Assembly: GCA_964016885.1 (NCBI GenBank)
Contig: OZ024753.1
Coordinates: 30,380,001 to 30,444,000 of the forward strand
Source of the DNA: Eledone cirrhosa
Lineage: Eukaryota
Reading direction: 5' to 3'
DNA: 64,000 bases
This document shows positions 43,001 to 56,954 of the stretch, in pieces (within the stretch, counting starts at the first letter, position 1; each line of letters starts with the position of its first letter). The notes under the pieces were generated by a model. It was not told the DNA's origin and did not search any database. It saw only the letters and a list, made by a program, of their open reading frames with translations. A program made the translations under genes and the position numbers.

Positions 43001-46000
43001 GTATGCACTGCCATCTGTAATTACTATAACTATTCATTTATTTGATTTAATCAAAGTCTAATTAAATGTCTTTGATAAAAGCTGTACAGATGTGTTTGCT
43101 TATTTGATTTCACAAAGTCAACTAAATGACTTTCAGAAAGATCTGCTTACTTATTTGGCTTCATAAAACCTGATTAAATATTTTTGAGAAAGGCTGTACA
43201 GGATTTCATCAGTCTAACTAAATATGAGGCTGTACAGATGTACATGTACACTTCTAAGTACTAGACATTTTAAAATGTAAAAGAATAATCGCAAGTTTTA
43301 TATTGATGTGTACATTTACAAATACTAAACAAATCTATTAATTATAACTTTGTAATTAAAATTATAACTAATTTTAACATTTGTGTAAAAGAATAATAGT
43401 AGGAAAAAAGAAGTCAACTAAACTGAGATTTGTTCCAGTTAAATATACTCAGTATTTTATTCCATCAATTGCATATGTGAGACTGTCTTACCTTTTGTCA
43501 ATAACTTTAGTGGATGGTTACAACAACTGTCAGAGAAAGATAGTTGTTATAACTATAATATATTTTCTCATTCTCCATATTAATTCTAACAAGTCCGATC
43601 AATATTAAAATACACATTATAGATTTTCTATAGTCTAATCAATATCAAAATAAAATTTAATAGTACACAGATTTTCTAAAGTCAGATCAATATTAAAATA
43701 AAATTTAATAGTACATATTATAGATTTTTTAAAGTTGGATCAATATTAAAAGACAATTTGATTGTAAACATTATAGATTTTTCTAAAGTGAAATTTGATA
43801 GTATCATTATAGACATTTCTAAGATGTCCACTTGCCCAGAGATAGCTATTCATCTTACTGCTTTCATGAAAACAAACTGTTGTGAAAAGTTGACTTATTT
43901 TAAAATCAAATTCTTCATTTACACCATCGTAGTTTAACTCTCAATGTCCTGTACTGCATGAAACTGCACTAGTAGGACATTCTCAAAAAATACAAAAGAA
44001 TATTTTGTTTGCATCACATTAAAAATTAAAATCTTCACAACAATTTGCCTACTTGTAAAGATGCTATAAATATTTGAATTAACAAACCTATTTTTAGCTA
44101 TTTTATGCTAAATCATTATAGGATGTTATGAGTTAAAGAAAAATCCATATAATTTTTGAAGATTTCTTTTTATACATATACATACATATGCAGGCAATAT
44201 ACATATACGTATATACACACAATATATGCAACCTCTCTATGAAGTTATTTATGATCATTGAATAACTTATGGTGGTAATATCATATCTAACACATCACAA
44301 CATGTCTATTTTTATTGTTTAGTCCCTTCATATCACAATTTAACATTCCCTTTTGTTTGGATGCCCTCACTTCACTTCATATTTCTTATGTTGTTATTAT
44401 TTGTGAAATTTTATCTCAGTTGATAATAAACTAAGTCAGCTTTATCAGGAATTATAGTTCGGAATCACTCCCAGTTGAATTCATTTCAAAGGTATTGTAT
44501 ATTGGTTTTTAAAATAAAAACCTGTAGCCATTGTTTGTTACGCAGATTTCTTGTGGTTTTAATGTCGTCAAATACTGTTGGAGTAACTTGATATTGTTTT
44601 TATTAATTTCAGTGACGGTTTCAGCACACCCATGCTCTCTGCTACTCCTGAGAGTATGTTGTCATCAAATACATCTGCATTATCTGCTACTGGAAGCGCA
44701 GGTTTGCATTTTAAGATACCTGAAAAACTGCAAATTGTCAAACCAATGGAAGGTAGCGTTGCAATAAATCTTTACCTACTAAATATAATAGTATTTCCTC
44801 TATTTTCTATTTGATTGGCAGTATCTGTAGAGCACCGGGCAGCATGCTTTACAGCATATTGTGATAGTCTTTTATATTCTGAGTTCAAATCCTGCCAAGG
44901 TTAGCTTTGCCTTTCATCTTTACAGGTTCAATAATATCAATTAACTGTGATGCACTGAAGTAAATTTAATTGATTTCCCCTCCCCACAAAACTGTTGGCC
45001 TTATGCTTTAATCAGACACCATAAAACCTGCCGAGGTTAGGTTTGCCTTTCATCCTTATGGAGTCAATAAAATAAAGCACCAGTAATGCACTGAGGTCGA
45101 TTTAATTGACTTTAATTGACTTTGACTTTGCAGGTGTGCTTGTAAAGGGTCGTATGTTTGACATGCCTGTAATAAGGCCACATACTTGTAGCTTAAAGAA
45201 TTAAATTCAGATAGGCCCAACCAACTGGTACATTATTTGTAATGTTTTATCCACCTATCCCATTTTTTTTTTTACACAATTCAAGGTTCATAACCTTCTT
45301 TTCTCCATCTATTAAATATCTAGACTAATAATTATTTTTAGATACATTGAAGTTATATCTCTTTGACTTGTTGCAGGATCGGTAACACTGAAACACTGGC
45401 AGCAGCTAGCCCAGCCACACATGACTGGTATATTTGAGTCAAGACCAGGGGTGCAGATTAAAGGGGAGCGCAAGTTGGATCTGGAAGAAGAAGTCTATAA
45501 TTTGAGTGACTATGAAGAAGACGGTCAGTGTCATGTTGATGTTTCATTTGGATTTATTGATTACTTCTAAAAATACTTTAAAATATTCTGTTGAATTTGT
45601 AATGTTAACTTTTGTGAAGGGCAGAATAAAAGTGAGCTGAGAATGTGTCGTGCCATTACAGTTGGTATATGTATTGTTAGCTTTCATGGAGGGTAGAAAA
45701 CTGAGAATGTGTGTGACCATTACAGTTGGTACATGCAAGAGAGATGACTGCTCTGGAATGGATATATCATATGAATGGATACATGCTGAATACTGGGTGA
45801 AAAAGTGCAATATGGCCTCATTAGGAAGTAGCTGAGGAGAAGATAAGATTGGAAGACAAAAGAGGAAGTAGTGAAATCAGATGTCAGAGTGTAGGATCTC
45901 ACTACTGATACTGAGAGGATGATGATGATGATGAGAGAGGGAGAGTGGGTAACTCATTGTACTGCAAACCTGCTTGACTATTACTACCATGGGAAAATAC

Positions 46001-47699
46001 AGACTCCCATACATAATGTGGTGGTGCTGATGATTTAGTACAAATGAGGCTCTGTGTTAACTAAGTTATGAGGCCCCTTACTTGGGCCCTGAAGGAGGTA
46101 AAAAAATTTTTTGGCAGTGAGTGGGTCCCGTCCCTAACCAACGGGGCCCGGTGCTTAAGAACACCTAAGCGCAATGGTAAATCTGGCACTGTTGGTGGGG
46201 TAATATTGTTGCTTGTCTGAGCTTTCATCAAACTGAAAGCTAAAATGTTGATGTTTTACTTCCAGATGACTACCAGTTGTGTCACAGCAAAAGGTTTGCT
46301 GAAAGTTCCACTATCTATACTTACACAGACTCTATGGTAATGCACCCGTCAGATAAAGTTTATTCTGATGAGAAGCAGTCAGATAACAATGCTTCCATGT
46401 GAGTATATTGACTATTTTTGTTTAATTTTATTCATATATCATATATATTTGATATTTTTACAGTTGGTCAATTCATCTTTACAGTTGATTAATTCATCTT
46501 TACAGTTGGTCAATACATCTTTCCAGTTGGTCAATTCATCTTTCCATTTCTCTTCTACTTGTGAAAACTTACATTTCCCCAGCCTCACCTATACATAACA
46601 AACTATATATCACTCACCATTAAATTTATCTTACCACTTTTTTAATATTCCTGAGATTTATGTTAACATTGAGGGTTAGATATTAAACATTGTTGTGGTT
46701 TGATGCCTAAATTTAACAATTTCTCTTCAGTCTACATTCTAACTCAAAGAAATAACTTGATGTATGGAAATTAATGATTTTAGAAAGAACCCCAAACATA
46801 AGATTAAATCAAATTTTCACTGAATTTGTATATTTAAGTAGCTATTTGTGATTCATTTTTGCTTTGTTTTTTATCTTTCTTTTAACTCTTAGAATTATTC
46901 CATTTATATATATATATATATATATATAAAAAATTATAGCATACATTTATCAAATCAAATTGCTCTATATATATATATATATCATATTGCTCCATGTATA
47001 TATATCAAATCAATCCATGTTTATATTATATCAAATTGTTCATCAAATCATTTCAGTCATCAGATCAATCATTCATCATCAGTACACTAATTCATTCTGG
47101 TAAATCATCAAATACTCATTTGTATATCTTTCTTCTGCCTGTTGAGGTCTTCATTGTCTCCTTGCAAAGCTTTCCATTGTTTGTGTCTTTATTGTCAGTC
47201 TGGATGTATGCAGTAAACGGTGTTCATGTATAACCAATAGGAATAGCTATTACTAAGTTGGTAACCAATCATATTCACTATACAATTTTTGCCACTCATA
47301 TCATCTAATTTAACTAACAGTATACTCTCTTGCTGCTTTGATTTGCAATCATAAATCTGTTATTAGGTCATGCATTTGTCTTAAAGCTTCTCAGTCAATC
47401 ATCTTAAGATTCATGATTTTTCTTGCCATGTTTAATACTCTGAGATGTTTTAGCCAATATTTTTACTGCTAAAATGTCCTCTGTTGATTTTTATATATTT
47501 TCCTAAAGAGATTCTTCTTACAACTTCCATCATATACCAAAACACAGCCAGTTGTAGGAAAGCCGTATTAAAATGTTCAGTGGTTTTAAAAAACAATCCT
47601 TTAAGATATTCTTTCTATAACTTCTGTATAATTTCCACATTAGCTAATTTCTTTATTATTATCCTCCACCTCTCTCTCTCTCTCTCTCTCTCTCTCCCC

Positions 47700-47730
<31 letters not shown>

Positions 47731-50700
47731 CATACAAAATTAGGATTGCTAATATTTAACTATTTCACTCAAATTAAATCGAATTCAACTACTTAAAAAT
47801 CATATGTAGACAACAAATTTTCAAAGTGGAATCTATATATATATAATCTTTCATTTTTTAAAAGATAAGGACTATTTTACATTTTACAAAAGTGGTACCC
47901 ATTATTTAAAAAAATTAAACTAAATTACCGTTAATGTTTAGATTCAGTTAGAATCCAAGTATTGGTTGTATGCTTGTTGTTGGGCATTAGAAATCATTAT
48001 GAATGTTACAGAAATCTTCAACTTTAACAAATGTCAGTGGGTAATTTAGATTATTTTATTTTCATTTGACCCTAATTAAAAATAATTTATTTCAAATAAT
48101 TCATTTGACCCTAATTAAAAAATAATTTATTTCAAATAATTCATTTGACTCAGCAAATTGTCTTCACAAAATATTTTGAAAATATATGAGAAATATGCAC
48201 ACAAGCACATAAATACACATTTTTCTTGGTTTAGTAATCTCATTGGAATGGCAGATGTATTATCTGAGATTTGGCATGGTTCTTGTTTTCTGTCACAGAA
48301 AAAGACTATGGGACTTAGAGCGAAAGAAAGCAAAAGACACAAAACATCTTCTAAAGCCTAAACATGGGAACAAAGGAATGGGAGAGTGAGTTTACAGTTT
48401 CGCACTTCCTAAAATGGGAAATGCATTTGTGATTCTAGCTACTTTTCTTTCTGCTTTTGCCCATATAACAGACACATTTTTCTTATGGTTACTGAATTAC
48501 CAAGAACAGTTGAAGGGGGAAAAAAAATACTTGCTTGAAAATTTTTCCTTCTACTTTTTGATATTTTCATTTTCTAATCTTGCCTAACATTTGCCTTCAA
48601 TTTCTGCTTAATGTGCTTCATTTATTTGTGCTATGTAGCTAACAGTTTCAGTTGCCTCTCTATATTGCACAGATCAAACAAAATCTGCAGTTTGTTTCAA
48701 TTTTACATTGTCACAAGCTGGTACTACAGTATTTGCAGGTTTCAAAAATATGTTATCTTCCAAAATATAATAATAATAATGAAAATTACTGTGTACAGTG
48801 CTCAGGTGCACTACAATTCATCAAAGGTGCATGTATAGTACATAGAATAATGTACAAATGTCAGGAAAGTGAAGTGTGAGTCATAATATACACACAGTTA
48901 CATGCATGCGTGTGTAGGGAGGGGGAATATCAAGTGTAGTGTTGGCAAATTTCGGGAAGCACAAAGGTTTTGAAGGATGCTGTGTCCCGACAACTAACAA
49001 CTGATGCAGGTGCTTCAGCAACTCTGAGCATGAATAAATGTTTCTGAAAGTCATGGAAGCTGTACTGTTTTCTGATTTTAGTTAGTACAATTACTTGTTA
49101 CTGGTTAAACCACTCATAACTAGCTTCTGATGTTGTCTAATGTAAAAGCAAAAGCTGTCACAGCTTTGAACCAATGACATCACAACTAATTTCTACTGCT
49201 GAGTGAACTGGAAATAAAGTATCTTGCTGAAGGACACAAAGTACCACCTCATCTGGGAATCAAACTCATAACCTCGAGATTGTGAGCTGAATGCTCTAAC
49301 CACTAAGCTATGCACCTTCATAAGTTACTATCTTATTAATGAAATAATTAATAGCTTTGGTAATTCTCTGAAAATTCTTCATTAATTAATTGAAATGGAG
49401 TGTATTTCATTAAAAATATGATCATGAAATTAAAAAACAAAAATGGATGCCTAACTTTTCTGGTACCAAAAACATGGCTAAGATTTTGTGTGTATTTAGA
49501 AGATAGTCTCAGTTCAGAAAGATTGAAATATTAAGAATTATAAATGAAGATGCTGAAAATCATATCTCTTATTGAAGACAGAACTTAGATTATTATTGTG
49601 GATATTTGCAAAGATAGTTACAAATGGTTAAAGTGAAGCATAGTGTTTGTTTCACTTCAATGAACTGTTAGGCATACAGGACAAAAGACAAAAGAGCACC
49701 AATCAAAGGGGAATTAATTTAGAAGAGACTTCAATGTTTATAAAAAAGTACATAAATTCATATGTATTGGGCTTTTATGTGTAGGTCCCTGGGATGCTGG
49801 ATTTGAGATATTCAATCAATAATGCACAATTACTGTGAAATAAAAGTTGATGAACTTACTGGAAACTCATCATGTGCTTAAAACTTATCACATTCTGTGT
49901 GGTGAGCATTGGATAAGGGACATAAGTCTGCTTCCATTACTTTACTTGACTGATAAGTTCCCCTTATATTTTATGATTAAGTGGTTAGCAATATCTCAAA
50001 GAGGAATGGGGTCTGCCAGGCTGTATTTGTCTAAAATATACAACATAAACTGTACCTTCACGACACTGGAGGCTCATGGTGAAAGTTAGCTGTATAGAAA
50101 GAGTAATTTAACTGTGAGTCGTGCAAATTATGTATGAACTAATTTTATTTGTGTAACTAGAGATTTATGTTTTAAGTTTAAGTCATCCTCTTTACAGAAT
50201 TGTGTAGGCTGTGAAAATGTTTCATTACTGCTTCTAGTATCCATAAGGAGCTTCAGTTATTATTATTAGTAATCTGCTTCACTGCCTGTTGTGTCGTCAA
50301 TTGATGTCTCTTATATGTCTTTATAAGGCTACAAATTATCAGAGTCATTAGAATGTCAGATAGAATGCTTTGTGGTATTTGTTCCGACTCTACACTCTGA
50401 GTTCTAATCTCACCGAGGTCAACTTTGCCTTTCATCCTTTTGAGATCAATAAAAAACGTACCAGTCTTGTACTGGGGTCGATTCTTCCTCTATATCTTTT
50501 TTTTCCCTTCTCTGGAAGAAATCAGCTGTGTTCAACACCTGGAGAGGAGATGGGCTTCGCCAGGTTTAAAATGCCCCAAACACATTACTTTGTCACTCCT
50601 ACGACTCCATCAGAAGTTATAGGCCATATATACATACATACATTATTCGTTATAAGTATGCTAGCATCAGTTTCTCTTCACCTTTTTTCAGTTTGTTTGG

Positions 50701-53700
50701 ATGTTCCTTATAGTGTTAAAACCCTGCTATCTTTCATGTGCTATCCTCTCCTTAATTTATAGATCATCATCCTATATCAACAACAGCTTGTACAATATTG
50801 TCCAGCCTTTTATTCTATGTCTGCTAGTTTGTGTCTATTTTTTGTTATCTACTTTCTCTGTTATAGCTAGTATGTGCCACAACTTTAAGATGAGGTAATC
50901 AAGTCTGTATATCTTGTCTTGCTTTATGGAGTTTTGTTGTTTAAAAGAAAATAATAATATAGGAAATAACTATTTGTAAAAAAATAGTTTACATTGTATA
51001 GAGCTAAAATGAAATATATAAAATAGAAACAAATAATTTGGTCAGATCAGCTTGCTAACAAGGCAAGACATGGTATCCCAAAGAATGTGTTGGTATTTAC
51101 GATGTCCCTTGTAAAACATTAGAAGCATTTGAATTCAAATGCTAGCAAGCTAATCTGACCAAATTATTTGTTTCTATTTTATATATATAATTTTAGCTCT
51201 ATACAATGTTAATTCTGTTTTTACAAGTAATAATAATTATAATTAGATTTAGTATTTGTACTTGAAATAATATCTATTAGAGTCATTAATTACACTATGT
51301 ATGACTTTGTTTTATGTGTCGTTAAATTATCTAGTTTAACACTGTCTTTTTTTTTTGTTTAAACTAATATTTTAATGACCAAGACATATGTAGAGTGTAG
51401 TAGTTGACATAGTAGAGGCATGGTTAATGAGGGAGTTTAGGCTGCTACTACAAATACCAAATAGTGAAATAGTTTCCCTTAAATATGGACAGAGGTTGGA
51501 TTTGTATTTCAACACCTCATGTTAATAGGCACTGTTTATAGTAGAATTCTACTATTAACACTATGTTGATAGTAGAATTAGTAATCTGATAGTATTATGT
51601 TAGTGTGTGTATGTGTCATCATTTTTTGTCAGTGCATTTGGTAGACAGAAACTGTAAGGAAGCCTGATGTGTACATATGTATGTGCCTGTAATTATATAT
51701 GTGTGTAATTATATATATATGTGTATATATATATTTGTCTGTGTATTTATACATCCTTACGCTATTTATAGGGTCTTATACATCCTTACACGATAGGGTC
51801 TTTATACATTCTTACACTATAGGGTCTTATACATCCTTACACTATAGGGTCTTATACATCCTTACACTATAGGGTCTTATACATCCTTACACTATAGGGT
51901 ATTATACATCCTTACATTATAGGGTCTTATACATCCTTACACTATAGGGTCTTATATATTCTTACACTATTTATAGGAAACATCCATCAATAGAGTTTAT
52001 GTATTTTGTTGTCAATTCTATCTCTCTCATGTCATTTTCTACTACCATTCCTTGTTGCCATGAGAATCATATGTATGTAGCCTAGTGGTTAGTGTTGGAC
52101 TGTTTGTCTGTGTGTATGTATATATTTATATGTGTATATGTATAAATATATGTAGTTTCTATGTTTTAAAAAATAAATTTAAAATAGCTGCTCATTTAAT
52201 GTGTGTGTATAAAGCAGGTGCGTAATTCAATTTCCTCAGTGTGTACCATCTCATTTTTTCTATCATATTTAGTTTGTATATAAATATATCATATATCATA
52301 AAAATCTTAATCATTATATTACACACACATATGTACACAAATACACACATAAACATATATATATATATATACATATACATCCACTTGGGAGGAGTATAAC
52401 CTCATGATTAAGGTCTTGGATTCACAATCATGAAGTGAGGGGTTTGATTTCTGAACTAGATGTTGCATTGTGTTCTTGAATAAGACATTTTGTTTCATGT
52501 AGCTTTTCATGACAAGACTAGGGCTCTTATCTTCAAAACATTTACAACAAATTGTGTGAGATGCAATCTCATTTAAGGTCAGCTAAACCTGGATAGCTAT
52601 TAACTGTAAATTTAATTTTCCGTTTCATTTTCAGTCATATTAAGCAAATATTATTCTTGTTAAATTGCCTCTTATTACATTTTAAAATCTAAAAATCTAA
52701 TGCTCAATGATCTGAAGACGAAATCCCAGACCTCATTCACTTACTGAGTGAGGTGGAACTTGTCAGATTAGACCAATGGAAACAAAAGTGTCTTGTTCAA
52801 GGACATAACACATCACCCTGTCCGGGAATGAACTCACAACCTCACGATTTCAAATCCAATTCTCTAACAACTAAATCACACACCTTCATTAATGCTATAT
52901 CAGAATATTTTCATATTCAAATCAGTTCTGTAACATAACATTGCTGTTGAAAACCTTACACTAGTTATATTTCAGCTTGCTAAAAAAAAAAATGTTTGAT
53001 TATTGTTCAGTCTTAGGTTAACTGCAGCTTGTAAAATGGCCTCCATATGTTCAGGTACAAAAGAACTACCCAGCGTGGTGATTGAAAATCAACTACATGA
53101 TTGAACAACTATATATATACACACCTAGGTGTGATGGGTATTATCTCTGATCTCTGTTTGAATTACAGTTCAATATCTACTTAGTGTAGTCTTTAAGAAG
53201 CTTCTTTGGCAATCTTTCAGCATTCTCACCAGCAAGTTATTAACACTAATACTAAAGAAACTTCCTCTCATTGTATTTATTTAATCCACTGAACTGCATG
53301 GATTTGATGACATTTGTAGTGTTAAATGCTAATCTATTTTCTAATCATAAATTGGTTACACTCTTATATTATTAACTCAAGGGTGGTGGATTGGCAGTAT
53401 CGGTAGAGGGTCGGACGCCATGCTTTGACGCACAGTTACGGCCCTTGCCATTCTGAGTTCAAATCCCGCCGAGATTAACTTTGCCTTTCATCCTTACGGC
53501 GTTGATAAAATAAAGTACCAGTAATGCACTGGGTAATTGCTGGCCTTGTATCAAAAGTAGAAACAATTATTAACTCAAGATTATGGATGTGTGACACATA
53601 TTTCTCCATCTAACTACCATCCATAATCTCATCCATTCTCATTTCAAACCAATCATTTTGCAAGACTGAAAATTTGATTTCTGTTCAGCTCTTTTCAATC

Positions 53701-54092
53701 TCAACTTGATTTATTTCTACAATAAAATATGAAATTTACTCAAGCAAGAGTTGCATTATTTTATTCTCTCTTCAAGCTAAATTATATTAGAAAACTCATT
53801 TAAAAAAAAAAGGCACTGTGACTGCCTTTGTTGTGTCTAGCCATATTGCATTGTTTTGGTGGTCTTATTCGTGCCAGTCACCAATCTGGTACTTTTCTTA
53901 GACCCACGGTGACTAGGCTCTTTTAGAGGTGGCCTTTACTCACCTTGTTGTAGCTACATCATTAGGTTGAAAGAGTTTTCTTGGAAGCTAAATATGTTGC
54001 CCATTGTTCCATCTCCCTTAGTTTACTGCTGTTGCTCTGTACTATGGTATTTAAGCATATTCTAACATAACATATATATATGTGTGTGTATG

Positions 54093-54164
<72 letters not shown>

Positions 54165-56870
54165 CACAGTTTCGAAGCAATTCTGATTGGCTGTCAATCC
54201 AAATAACCTTTATTCTAATATTACACACATTCTTTTCCAATAGTAGTCATAGTTGTTTTTATGTTTTGCTGTGTTCTTTGTTATTTAATAATAAAAGAAA
54301 ATGCTTAGTTTGGTTGTAGATGGTATTTGTTTTTGTTTATTTTTGGCATTGAAGTTGTTTCTTGGAGGTTTATCATCATTTTTAGAAACTAATATTAATG
54401 AAATGAAAGCAGTTAAGGGTTAAGATGGTGGATTCATGATAAGGTTGTGAAAACAGCTGGGGGTTAATCACTGCAACACATGGATGTTCAATCCAAGATA
54501 GGTTTGGACCCCTGTCATTAATCCTTTTGTTACCATATTTTTGATGGAGGACATCACCTATGATTTTTGAAATCATTTTGAAAATATTCAAGAATTTGGA
54601 AGGATTTTGTAATATAACTTTCTCATTATTGAAAAATTAACTCGAGAAAAGTTCTTACATCAATCTTGGATTGATAAAATAAGTACTGGGGTCATTACAA
54701 TCAGTATGGTCACAGTCTAATGACTGAAACCAGTAAAACAATAATAGAATTAGAAACCAAATTTAAGATTACAGCTTTTAACCCTTTAGCATTTAGATTA
54801 CTCTATATTTACTATTGTATTTTCACAGTAAAGGCTTTATCTCACATAATATTGAATCTATGAGGTTTTGATATCTATTTTGAGAACAATACCTTAACAT
54901 CAATGCGAGTGGTTACAAACAGTTTTAACAGAAAAAGGTGAAAGAATTCTGACCAGAATTCTGGCCGGTTTAAATGCTAAATGGTTAATGTTGCATTAGT
55001 GAAGTAATATATCTTGTTAGGCTAATAAAAACATAAAAGGTGTCATGTTTTTATTGAATGATGTCTTTGATTTATCATAACTTGACATTCACTAGAATTA
55101 ACATATTTCTTGTGTGGTTTTGTTGCTTTTCAATCTTAATGCTGATTTGGAATATTTTTCTCTTCTTTTTAAATATCCTGTAATGTGTGTGTGAGCGTGT
55201 ACGTATATATGTGCATGCACGTGTGTATGTATATGTGTATGTACATGTGTATGTATGTAAATGTGTGTATGTATATATATATATATATGTGTATGTAAAT
55301 GTGTGTATGTGTGTATGTATATATGTGTGCATGTATATGTGTGAATGTACGTATGTGTATATATGTATATGTACATATGTGTATATGTGTATGTACGTAT
55401 GTGTATATATGTATATGTACGTATATGTATATATGTGTATGTACATATGTGTATATATATATATATATAATATATTTATAGAAAATAGTGTTTTATTTGA
55501 AGGCTACTACAATGTGAATTGGACAGTAAATGGTAAAAATATGATTAAAAAAAAAGCTGTAGGGATCTTATGGTGCAATTCTTTATAGATAACATCCCTA
55601 CATCTTTCTTATCATCATAGTTAAAACATTTACCAAACAAATTCACAATTATGGTAGGCTTCAAACTACAATATGCTCTTATATGCATTTATATATATAT
55701 ATATATATGAATTATTTCCGTAGGAAGGGTAAAGGAAAGGAGAGTGCTCTATGTCAGCTACAGAGCTATTTAGTTATGTAATAAACAACATAAGACAATT
55801 ATTATCAGCCTCGCTTTAAATTGTTTTTAGCCTTTATTTATAAATTCATATCTTAATGTCCATATTAAATTTTTTATTCTGATGACCGATTTCAGACGTC
55901 TGAGCTTGTCTGTCTTTGTGAAACCTTTGGTAAATGGAATAATTGTCTTATGTTGTTTATTACATAAGATATATATATATATAATTTAAAGGGTATATAC
56001 ATATAAATTAGACAAAGTCATAGATACATATATATGTTTTTGGCAACCATTCACGGTGTGGCTCAATGAAGAATTATATATATATAAAGATTAAGAAGCA
56101 CCATTGACTCATTGGTGCTCCTTAATCTTGATATATCAGCTCTGCATGAACCCCATTGCATCAAGCTTTAAACCCTCTGGTAAAGTTTATAGCCAATAAT
56201 AGCAACACTGTTATTATTATTATTTTTATTATTGGCTCTTGTGGCCAATAAATGAAATCATTCAGTATCGGTAGAGAGTCGGACACCATGCTTTGAAGCA
56301 TAGAGTTACGTCCCTTTATGATCTGAGTTCAAATCCCGCCGAGGTTAACTTTGCCTTTCATCCTTACGGGGTCGATAAAATAAAGTACCAGTAATGTACT
56401 GGGTGATTGCTGGCCTTGTGCCTAAAATAGAAACAATTATTATTAATATATTAATATATATTATTGAAATAGAAATATAAGCTTTGCTGTAACATTAACT
56501 AAATAATTATTTCTACTTTTGGTACAAGGCTAGCAATTATCCCAGCGCATTACTGGTGCTTTATTTTATCGACCCCGTAAGAATGAACGGCAAAGTTAAC
56601 CAGACGGTAAAGGGGCATAACTCTATGCATAGCATCCGACCCTCTACCGATACTGCCAATCCACCGCCCTCGAACTAAATAATAATAATTAAATTATTGT
56701 GCACAGTGTTCAGGTGCACTACAACTCATCAAAGGTGCATGTATAGTACATAGAATAATAGTCTAATAATGGGGTGTATAAACCAACATTTTCAGCAAAG
56801 CTTCCATTTGTCTTTCAATTCTAAATATCGCTCGCTGCATTCCAAACATACTTCCTTTGTTTATACATAC

Positions 56871-56954
<84 letters not shown>

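Noticed and set aside
49420-49800. Degenerate coding-like stretches (also ~47100-47650 and ~62500-63000)
   Set aside because: Probably old transposon remnants, but I could not recognise a diagnostic motif.
53878-53926. Possible alternative terminal exon HQSGTFLRPTVTRLF* after gtgccAG
   Set aside because: Weak acceptor and no homology; cannot be supported without transcripts.
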